Assembly: GCA_000708835.1 (NCBI GenBank)
Contig: DF237444.1
Location: 1-64,000, forward strand
DNA from: Klebsormidium nitens
Taxonomy: Eukaryota > Plantae > Klebsormidiophyceae
Direction of reading: 5' to 3'
Length of the DNA stretch: 64,000 nucleotides
Positions 1-10,200 of this stretch are shown here, piece by piece; the first letter of the stretch is position 1, and each line of letters opens with the position of its first letter. The position numbers and the translations under genes are program-made. The notes below the pieces were generated by a model. It was given only the letters and a program-made list of their open reading frames with translations. It was not told the DNA's origin and did not search any database.

Positions 1-282
1 GATGATGCGTGCCTATGATTGTACATATCTTTTTCATTTTGGCCATGATCGCATGTCAAGGACGTCATCTCGCAAGAACGTCATATCGCACGACAGTCGG
101 CCATGTCATGAAGAGTTGGTGAAATAATCGCGGCTTGCAGTAAGAACGTAAGGTGAAAGGGGCTCAATTCAGAGGCCTGATTGTAGATGGGATCGTTTGT
201 AATAGGTTCAAGTCTGGTCGGTACCTCGAACGAAGCTGTTCCGTCACAGGATATCTATGCCAGGCGTTGTTTAAAGCCAGAC

Positions 283-465
283 GAGAGCGCCGCCGGTTGG
301 CTTGAAAGCATGTGAAGAGTGCCGAAGGTGGCAGTGCTTGTACTGAGCGCCACGCAGAAGGTGGCAGCTTTGAAGGCTTGCCAAAAGCGCTGAAGCTGGC
401 AAAGCTCAATGAGAGCGCCGAAAGTGGCTTGAAGCTCATTGAGAGCGCCGAAGGTGGCAAAGCCC
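283..465. repeat. Degenerate ~30-bp minisatellite (about 6 units, core GAGAGCGCCGAAGGTGGC)
   Basis: Core variants start near 283, 315, 344, 384, 411 and 441. The units at 411 and 441 are exactly 30 bp apart. Confidence 0.75.
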
Positions 466-602
466 GATCTGGTTGAAGATCGTGAAGTTTGTCGCGGGCG
501 CTGGACCACGTAGACATACGTGCCAGCTTGCGAGGGGGAAGGTGGGAGAAAGGCTCAAAGACCGGCGAGCTTCCCAGTGAATGGGCTGAGAAAGGGGCTC
601 TA

Positions 603-701
603 AGACGAGCTTCCAAAGGGGAGCGAAAGCTCTCTGGCAAACATCTGCAGGGTATGCAGGAAGATGCTTAGAGACGAGCTTTCGAAGGGGAGCAAAAGCT
701 C
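603..701. repeat. 30-bp direct repeat pair, 69-bp period
   Basis: AGACGAGCTTCCAAAGGGGAGCGAAAGCTC (603-632) vs AGACGAGCTTTCGAAGGGGAGCAAAAGCTC (672-701), 27/30 identical. Confidence 0.85.
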
Positions 702-884
702 GTTAGGACAAGGGCTCGTACACCCGAGCGTTTGAAGATCAGGGGGGCTGAGGGGGAGGGGGCTGCTTGCAGATTGCTTGCACTAAAGCTTGCACTACAG
801 CTGGTGCAGAGGAGGAGCGCGCAGTACGCTGATGCCAGTCCACTGTGGAGTGATGCAACCCTTGTTTGGACGGGGAGCCTCTCA

Positions 885-1580
885 CAATTACTTGAATTAG
901 CCAAAATAGCTAATTACAAGGTGCTTTGACATCCCTCGGATGTTCCTTCGTTCAAAACACCAAGACCCATGGTGCATGCCTGCCATGTTTTCCATAATAA
1001 TTAGGTAATTTGAGCAATTCTGCTAACTACAACTTCTCAATTGCTCGAATTAGCCGAATTAGCTAATTACAAGGTGTTTGACTTCCTAGGATGTATGTGT
1101 ACCCCTCGCTCATAGTGCGAAGAGCCTACAGATGCACCCTTCCCATGGTTTCCATGATAATTAGCCTAATTCGAGCAATTCTGCTAAGTGCACCCCTGAA
1201 TCACTCAAATTACCGGAATTACGTAATTACAAGGCTTCCAGCATAATTGACGAAAGGCATATTGCTCGTGTTATTCAAATTACGCTAATTATGGCGTGCG
1301 CGGTCCCTTCGTCAACCCCTCTGACGTACAATTGCTCAATTGCTCGAATTAGGCTAATTGTGGATCATGCAAGGCCCTCACATACATCACAGAAGGTCAA
1401 TTGCTCACGTTACTTGAATTAGCCTAATTACGCCGTGCACGGCCCCTCTGTATCACCATGGTTGACTCGTTATTGCTTGATTGCTGAAATAACAAGTAAT
1501 TTTCAAGGTGCACCCCTCCTTTATAGCTTCACAAATGACCGTAATTGCTTGATTGCTCAAATAACAAGTAATTTCAGAGT
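885..1580. repeat. Array of AT-rich AATTGCTCRAATTAGCYTAATT-like motifs in both orientations (satellite or transposon subterminal repeats)
   Basis: About 10 copies. There is a ~155-bp tandem duplication (TAGCTAATTACAAGGTG at 907 and 1060; GAGCAATTCTGCTAA at 1012 and 1173), a perfect 22-bp inverted pair at 1159-1180 / 1338-1359, and ~70-bp periodicity from ~1206 to ~1558. Confidence 0.8.
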
Positions 1581-1835
1581 CACCACTCCTCCCTGTATGT
1601 ATTCATATAATGCTAGATACTCACATTGTTATCCGAGTAGGAGAAACCCTTTACATAGTATATGGTGCCGTATTGTACAGCTTGCAAAACCCCAGGCTTC
1701 GATGCTTATACATATGGTATGTGGTCCTTGTTAACCCCTGTTGTGACCTGTTTCAAACCCCAATTCCTCCAGAATCCCCCAAGGCCCGGATTAGCGTTCC
1801 AGTACGCCGATCTGCCAGCTGCAGCAACACTGAGG

Positions 1836-1928
1836 AAGCAGTGAGAAGGGACCTAAGCCATTCTTGCAAGTTGGGGGCTTCAAAAGCAACCCAAAATGGA
1901 TGCAAGCAGTGAGCAGGGACCTAAGCCA
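1836..1928. repeat. 25-bp direct repeat pair, 68-bp period
   Basis: AAGCAGTGAG(A/C)AGGGACCTAAGCCA at 1836-1860 and 1904-1928, 24/25 identical. Confidence 0.85.
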
Positions 1929-3203
1929 AAATACCCCTTGAAAGAAGGCATGCTTGAAACCTAGAAATTGGTGAATGAGAAGGTGATTGTTGGACAACGT
2001 TGCAGTATATGCAGCCCTACAACGCCAAAGTGACCATTGTACCCCTCAAAATCTCAACATTACCGGCGTTTCATAAGCAGCATCAAGGCTCAAGGCTTAT
2101 TAAACTAAACGAGAGCTGTGCAGCGGTACAGCTTCTGATACACTTTAGGTGCTCAGAAGTGGTGGTTGCTAGGATTGGTACCGAACTTGGGCAGCCAAGA
2201 TCGTCTGCATTCCGCAAAAGCACCAACATGGCTGGACAGTAACAGATGCCGTCTCATGACCAATGACTCTTCCTGATCAATGTGGCAGGGAAGCTGAGCA
2301 AGCATTGCAGGAGATTGCAAATCTACAACATGATTTGCAATGAGATCAATCAGCAAAGCAATCTGCCAACCAAGAGTGCATACTCCCCTTCCATCGAATT
2401 GCTCAATCTGCCATGATCCTTTCTGAAGCAAAGTTGCGCGCTGTGCATCAAAAATGGGGATGCATCATTGTGCATGATGACCTGCAGAGTGCACGCGTGT
2501 TGCAACAACATGTACTGCTTAAGGCTAGTGACTCGATCCTCGCACGAAGCTTGTGCAGATTATTGTATGGCCGCACCGCGCAGCCCAATTCAACTTGGCA
2601 TATAGATAATCAACCTAGGTCGCGCATGGTATACTCTATCATAAAATGTTACATTTGCCGACAATTGAATGGACCGCGTAGCAGGTCTTATCCTTCGAAA
2701 GTTTCATCGAATTGCAAGGGCCATGAAATCTACTTATGCGTAAGCGGACAGAGCACTGAAGGCAGATAAAGCAGATTCCATTGATTGAAAATAACGTCAT
2801 GGAAGTCGAAGTTGACCGGGTTTCATGTCCATGGGGTTGCATGGACTCATGATCGGGACAACCATGAAAAAGGCAGCTTCCCTACTTGGAATTTGTTGCA
2901 TCGACAACCAGATAAAGTTGATTAATTGACATCGAACCAATCGTTCGCCTTGCTCGCTATGCACTTGTTGACTGCAATAAGGTTACTCAATAATGTACAG
3001 CTTGAGCCGGGGATGCAGCTTGATCGCTTATCAAGTCTGCACAGTATGCAACCTGCCTAGATATAGTGTGTGTGCAATGATCTATCTTCCCTCATCTTGT
3101 GCAAACTCCTTCTTCCTTGTATAATCGAGCGCGATCCAACACCAACCCTCAACGCTCGACCAGCCTTCTCTTCAGGCCATTGTGTGCGTTCCGTCAGTTG
3201 TTG

Positions 3204-4200
3204 TTAGTCTTTGCTTTGACTTGTCCCGTCAATCTCCAGTCTGAGTCCCACCCTAGGCCTGTATTTTGCAGCGCCCGAGACACCCTCCGTTCTTTCAGAC
3301 TGTCTCGGGCCAAGAGCCTGTAGCTTCTTGGGCCTCGTTTCCAGTCTTACGCCATCTGGCGCCTCCTCAGATTCTCCGCTTTCGAAAACCCGGCCACCGT
3401 TTTCTTGGTCCTCAACGTCAAGCCGCTCCTTGCTACTTAGCGCAACTTTCCTTTGCGCAACAGCCACCAGATTGCCCAGCGCTCTGAGCGGCCCTGCGCC
3501 CCCCTGCGCGCGCTCGCACAGCGCCAGCATCGAGCCCAGGAGAGGTCGGATCGGCGCAGATGCAGGCAAACCCACTGCATCCCGCAAAAGCAGCCCGACC
3601 GTCGCAATCGTGGACTCGGGATCCATCTCAACCACGTTGCACAACTCTGCGATGGTCTCCAGGGTCTGTGCAAGCTCTGACTCCCCTCCAACAATACTGT
3701 CGCTGCGCTCAAACGACTTCGCCGGGATTGAAGGCTCTTCCGCCTTGGCCTTCCCTTTGCGGTCCGCTTCTTTCTTGCTCGTCTCGTCCTCTTTAGCATC
3801 ACTTCTTTCAAGACCCTTTCCGCCGCTCCTGACTGCACTCTGCGGTTCTTTGCTTCCCAAGCGCACTCCCGGCTCAAGGCCCGGGACTTGCGCTGCCCCA
3901 CCTCCCCGTTCTTCTGGGCCGTCTGTCGCCCCTTCCCCAATTTCCTTTGACCTCTGCTCTTCTTCTCGGAGATGCTCCCCGACCTTCGCAGCTCCCTCCG
4001 TTGCCCCCACAGGCGCCGCTTCGTCCTCCCCTTCTTTCTCTTCGTCATCCTCACCCTCCGAGTCCTCGGCTAACTGTTTCCGACGGCTTGATGACGTCAG
4101 CCGCTGCCGGATGCTGCGCTTCCTGTCCAGCTGGCGAGTCGAGTCTCTCCCTCTGATGTGGCCCTTTTGAAAGAGAGACAGGCGCGCCAGGGTCTCAGCC
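3204..4200 (-). CDS. VPS13: Probable terminal VPS13 exon: acidic low-complexity tail plus a predicted small helical domain
   Basis: Donor after 4618 (CAC AG|gtcagc) and acceptor tttgcag|G at 4200 give a phase-2 join (H-R-A-E-T-L) into the open frame that ends at 3204. Confidence 0.7.
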
Positions 4201-7200
4201 CTGCAAAGAAGCACACGGCTCAGCAGGGGCATCCAGGGAACTGTGATGAGGAGGAGGAAACCAGAGAAATGCTTCGCGTCGCTTCCTAGTGGGGAAAGAT
4301 TTGAGGGTACGAACAAAACTTGACCCCGATTGCGACGCTGATAGAAACGCCAAACTAGAGTAGTCAAGCAAAAACTTTGAAGCACACTCAGGGCAGGCAT
4401 GGCGTGTTTGCAACGAATTCAAGAGCAGACTGTTGCTAGGACCCCGTCAGTTTCTTCCTGTTTCTAAACAGATTTGCTGATCATGATCTCTCTTTTCAAA
4501 AATAGAGAAATCTTTCTTTGAGAACCTTCATATATCTAACGATTTCTCAAAATCACTCCATCAAGTCTATTTGTGCTTGAAGCTTGTTCTTCTCGACACC
4601 CGACCAGAGGCGCTGACCTGTGGTCCGCGTCGTCCTGCGGCCCCGTCAGCTGGTGGTCCACGGTGAAGGTGAGGCCGCGCTTGAACGCGATGGCGTGCCG
4701 GTTCAGCTTGACGAGCAGGCTCTGGTGCAGGTCGCGCGTGCGGCACTTGAGGCGCAGCTGGTGCGGGATGCGCATCTTGGCGCCCCCCAGCGACAAGATC
4801 GCCGTCCACGCAATTGCCACCTCCAGGCGGCCCTCGATGCCCGCCACTGACACCATGTCTGCGCCCCCAGCCGCACGGCGAGTCAGAGGATTGAGGTTTT
4901 GTCATGGCGGGGAAAGACGGTGGCCCCAAGAGCCGTTGCTGGCAAAAGAGAAGCAGTGAAAAGGACCCAGGCCAGAGTGGAAGTAACAAACGCGTGAAGC
5001 TGATTGGGCAGGATTCGGTAGCAAGCGGAACTCGTGCTTGCATCGCCATCAGCCGTCACGACAGCTGTTCAAGGTCCAAAATCTTCGACTCAAAAATCAC
5101 CAGGACAGTCTTATATGCATCTACATAGCATAGGGAAGCGTGTCGAGACCTCCTCGTTGTGAGAAAGGAGATTGCCTGGTAAACTCTCTGAAAAAGCGTG
5201 GGGCCACTTCGGAGCCGCACCTTGGTAGTTGACGACGGCCTTGGCCTTGTGGCTGCGGATGTCGAAGTAGATGACGCGCTGGTCCGTCATCAGCAGCGCC
5301 TTGTGCTCCTGGATCTGCAAGTAGTCCACGATGCGCTCGCCCGCGTAGCGACCCCCGTTCAGCAGGCTCAGCGTCGTCGCCAGAATCTGAAACTCCTTTG
5401 ACGACGCCTGCAGATGGGCGCGAACATACGAGGTGTCAGCACAGTCCTTCTGCTGGACATGCGTGAAAATACCACAACAGCATCTACTTCGACTGATGCT
5501 TCGAGGAGTCGCATCCTAAAACGAAAACGGACGGTAGAAAGTGGACCAAGGAAAGGTGGGGCATTTTCAGGAGTTGCACGCCGGTTAATAAAATTCTCAT
5601 CGGAACCAAGGAAGCATTTGCGACGAGATAACCAAGGCATCCCTCATTCCCACAAGCAAGCCTCCGCAAATCACGCCGACGCCGAGCCCTTCCCCTCTCA
5701 CCTGTACGCCTTCCTCCCGGCCAAAGTTGCGCGGGGGCCGCACCCGCACGAGGGGCGCCCTGATGACGTCATCCCCGATGTTGCGGATCCCCGTGCCGAC
5801 CCCGCCCGCGGTCTTGGACATGCACGCGAAGATGCCGGACAGCGGCTTGGTGACCGCGCCCACCAGGCCGTGCCCCGTGCCCTGCACGCACCCCACCACG
5901 CCGTTCTCCTCCGCGCCCGCCAGCGGGCTCGTCACCAGGCCGCCGATGCCCTCGTAGCAACCCTGGCCCACGCCCTGCGAACGCAGCGAATGGCGGATTT
6001 TGTTTGTAAGGTGACTAGGCTGATCTCGGAATATGAGATCTTGTTCCAGAAGTCAGCAGCGAGCTGGTCCGTCGTCTGAGTGCGCAAGGGGCCTCAATCC
6101 AATGGGGAAGTGGGAAATCTGCAACCATATCCACACCCTCAGCCAAGAAGAAGCCGACGCTCTGATCTTACCGAGAGCAAGAGCAAGAGCTCTTCGTGTG
6201 TAGGCGCGAGCTGTGGTCGTGATTCAAACGATTACTAAATTGTGCGAACACCGTCATCTTCAGAAGAGAGGAGGGAGTTGGCCCAAACGCTTCAGAGCGC
6301 AGGGGGCCCCAATCCAGCGGTGACCTGGGACCTTTGCAGAGCGAAGCCGCACATACTCTGACAAAACGGCAAGAGCTTTCCGTCCGCGATGCGTGCTTGT
6401 GCTTTACCTGCGCGCCCTGGATGAAGGCCTCCTGCGTGTTGGCGGGCCGCTCGGAGAAGCGCTGCACGAAGTCGTCGTCGAGGGAGAGCACGGCGAGGCC
6501 CTTGCTGACGCTGCCCATGAGCAGGCTCATGAAGTTGAACACGCCGTACGCGCTGTTCTTCACCAGGCTGATCGACCCAGCCGCCGCGCCCTTGAAAAAC
6601 TCCTCCGGCCTGCCACACGGGATATGGGCAACCGTCAGCAGCAACCACGATCCTTCACACGCTCTGGATGGGCGAGTGCAGTAAACCAGTTCATCGATCA
6701 TGTTGCGCGGACCCTCCTTTGCTTGTTAGTACTTTTACCGCCCAGCTCTGCACTCCATTCCCTTATTAAAGTCGTATACCACTTCACCTTGCAACCACTC
6801 GGGACGACAAGAACACCTTCCAACATCCCTTCGACAAAACTTCTTAATTATGGAACCAAGGATGGAAAGGTGTAAAAAGCAAAAATGCGGAGAAAGAGTG
6901 GTTACGTGGTGGCCTTGGCCGGCTCGGTGAAGAAGTCGAGGACGCCGGTGCCGAGGGAGTGCACGAGGCTGACGGGCGAGCCGAGCAGGTCGAGGCTGCC
7001 CAGGATCTTGTGGATCTCCTGCAGGCTCTGGATCAGGTAGTGGTTCGACACCGCGCGCACCAGCCGGTCGCTGTTCAGAAACACGTTGTCCAGCACCAGG
7101 CTGCACGCAAAAGAACAGGTTGCGGGGTCAATCAGGAAGTTGCAAGTTCGGATCTTATTGAGATGACCGTGGCGGACAGATTTGGCTGAAGAGAGTTTAA

Positions 7201-10200
7201 TCAAGGGCGCCGACTGTACCGCAATCAAGATACAGCTTTCGTTCAATCAATCATAGCAGCTTTCTGTGGGACAAGCCACCTGGCACAAGGCTGAGAGCAA
7301 GCACTGACGGTCTTTCAGCGGCTCGGAACACTTTGGTGACGGGGACAAGTATGCGGCGGCGGCGGCGCTCACCTGTTGAGGCGCAGCGGCGCGGTGGTGA
7401 AGGAGACGAGCGGGAAGCCGAGCGCGGAGGCGTACTTGCGGACCTGCCAGGCGGCGTTGTCGGCCTCGCGCCAGCCGGGGTCCACCGCGAAGTCGACGTT
7501 GACGCGCACGGGGCGGATGCAGAAGCGCTCGAAGTACCAGCGCGTGCCCTGCTTGCCCGTCACCCAGTTGGCCGGGTCCAGCAGCGAGTGCGAGTACGCG
7601 TCCTGCAGCAAGAACGACGGCTCCGCCCACGACGACTGCACGGGGGGGCGAGGAGTGGGTCAGAGGACAGGTCGGCAAGAGCCGAAAACAATCGATGTCG
7701 TGTTAGAGGCATTAAGCACATCACCGGAAGTGGCACGGAAGTGAGGCCGATTGGCGAATTGAACGATAAAGATGAGACTGCTTGGAGGCAAAGGTATTGT
7801 TGATATTTCAAGCTCCGACCTTGCAACAACATTCGAAAGACGGAAAGACAAGTGGCCCCTTGCTGTGCACACCAGAGCCTCCGCCTAAGGGAGGAGGATG
7901 GCGGCTTGCCCCCCACTTGATTCAATTGTCGTCTGGAGAGACAACAGCAGCATACGAATGCACTCAAGGGGAGGTACACTCAAAACTGTTAAATGTCTGC
8001 ACTGCGCTCTCAAAAAACAGCCTGGTACCACGCTACGGATCATTCAGATTGTGAGTCCCTCACCGCTGCGGCGTACTTGGGGTCGTGCAGGTCTTGCAGG
8101 GGCAGGCCGTGCGCGTACGCGATGAGCGCGTCCACGAAGTCCTCCTCCAGGTGCAGGTCCACCTCTTGCAGCATGAACAGGAAATTCTTGAAATACGTGA
8201 TGCCCGGCTGCCCGCCCAGCACCGCCCACTCCAGCGTCACCAGCGGCAGCCCCACCGCCTTCTCGCGCTCGCGCCGCACGTTCTGCACACGGGTTCCGAA
8301 CCATTGGTTTGTACCGTCCACTCGGAGAAGCATAGTAGGGCAATGAGTATGTCGTATGCAAACAAAAGGACAAACATCTAGGCGGCCGGCCTCTCCCAGG
8401 GCATGGCTCCTAGCTTAGCCGTTCGGTGATCGGCTGGAAAGGAACGAAACTCATGGAATCTGAACGAGCGGTCCTGCGGGTCTGCGGCTCCAGTACATCC
8501 AGCGATTATGGAGGGACTTTCTCGCTGCCAAGCCTCCAAGCAGGCTTTCTTGCGGGCGCCTTGAGGAGCAGCCCAGTACATCTTGCTCCGGAACAAGCTG
8601 CGCCCCACCTGCGCCTTGATGAGCACGACGGGCTGCGTCGTTGTAAGCAGCTGGTTGTCGACCTGCGCGCTGCCGATGGTCAGCTCGTACACCTGCTCGC
8701 GCTCCGACACGCGCCGCGCAAAGTGCAGCCCGCCCAGCGTCACGCGCGCAATCTCGCGCGGCACGTGGTCCACCACCGACAAGCCCACGCCCGCCAGATT
8801 CACCTGCAACCGAGCGGTATTACGTCAGCAATAAAGGCGGAACGAATCTGGTTTCGAGAGGCGCTGTTCCCGAGGGCCGGGCCGGCGACACAGGGTAAAC
8901 GTGCGGCGGCAGATATCGGATGGCGGAGTTGTCAAGCCTGGAGTACGCGAGCACTGGTACTCTGTACATGCACTGCGACGCAAGTGAGGCCCGCCTTGGA
9001 ACATTTTCCCCTCCAGATCAACTGCATCCAATCAGGCAAACATGTGATGGCCTTTGTACAAGGATGCTAGAGTGTACATTGGGCGCCCACCTCAAGCACG
9101 TGGCCTTGGTCCTCGTCGGTGGCGACGACGTCGGAGCGCCAGTGCAGGCGCAGGCGGAGGTCCCCCGTGACGCGGTCCTTCTCGGTGCGCTTCTGCAGCG
9201 TGAGCCACTGGTAGCGCGGCAGCGTGTCGTCCAGGTACGCCACCGGCACGTTCACCTCGCCCACGAACACGTCCGCGCCCACCGCGCGCCGGCTGAACAC
9301 CTGCGCACAGGAAAAGGGGCATTCAGAAATTGTTGCTGCGAATTGCACGTCGAAAAGAGCCTGATCATCGTCCCTTGCAAAAAGGTTTAAGTCGCAAAAG
9401 CAGAACAAGTTCAGCCACTTGGCCGCATCCACCGCTGCAGCAGCTTGGGGCAGGGGCAACAGGCGCCTTCTCGCTCGGGCCTCGCACGATGAAAGGATTG
9501 GCCCCTCTATCTTGCTGCCACGTAGTCCTCCTTTCCTCACCTGCGCAGTGAGCGTGGCCGAGTGCGGCACGCCGTCGAAGACAAAGGCCTCGTTCCAGAC
9601 GGGGAAGTAGCTGTCGTGCACCACGGCGGTGCGCCCGGGGAGCGCCCCCTGGCAGCCCACCACCACATACGCATCACACGAGCGCTGCAGCCCGGGCACT
9701 CCCCCGGCCGCCACGCTGGACAGGTGGCGCGCCTCCACCACCTTCACCGCCAGCTGGCCGACCTCCTCCTTCTTCGCCGTGCGCGACGGGCCCAGCGCGG
9801 GCTTCTTCAAACTCCGCATCTTGCGCATTTTCAGCTTGAGCGGCCGGAAGGGGGGCTGGATGACAAGGGCCTGGGGCCCCCCCTCGCGGTCGTCCATCAT
9901 CTCGCGGTTGATGGCCACCAGCTCCTCGAGCTGCGCGAGCTCTTGCTCTTTTTGGGCGACGGTCAGCGTCATGAGCTCCAGCTGCGTGGCGGTCCAGGAC
10001 GTGGCCAGCCGGATGCGGCCGCTGACGCGGTCGCGCGCGTTGCGGCGGCCCAGCGTGTACCACGACAGGTCGCGGTCCAGGGTGTCGCCGGACACCAGCG
10101 GGAGGTACACCTGGCAGAGAGGAGGGAGAACGGGGGGTATGAGTGGGGCGGAGAGAGAGCTGGGAGGCAAAGGGTGTCAGAGGTCAGCGAGCTCTCTCAC

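Noticed and set aside
1836-1928. CRISPR-like repeat-spacer (25-bp repeat, 43-bp spacer)
   Set aside because: Only two repeats, no dyad symmetry, no cas genes, and a eukaryotic context.
2000-3060. Short ORFs beside the repeat array as a degenerate transposase or reverse transcriptase
   Set aside because: No DDE, YxDD or HUH motif was recognisable, and all frames I read are interrupted by stops. A TBLASTX search would be needed.
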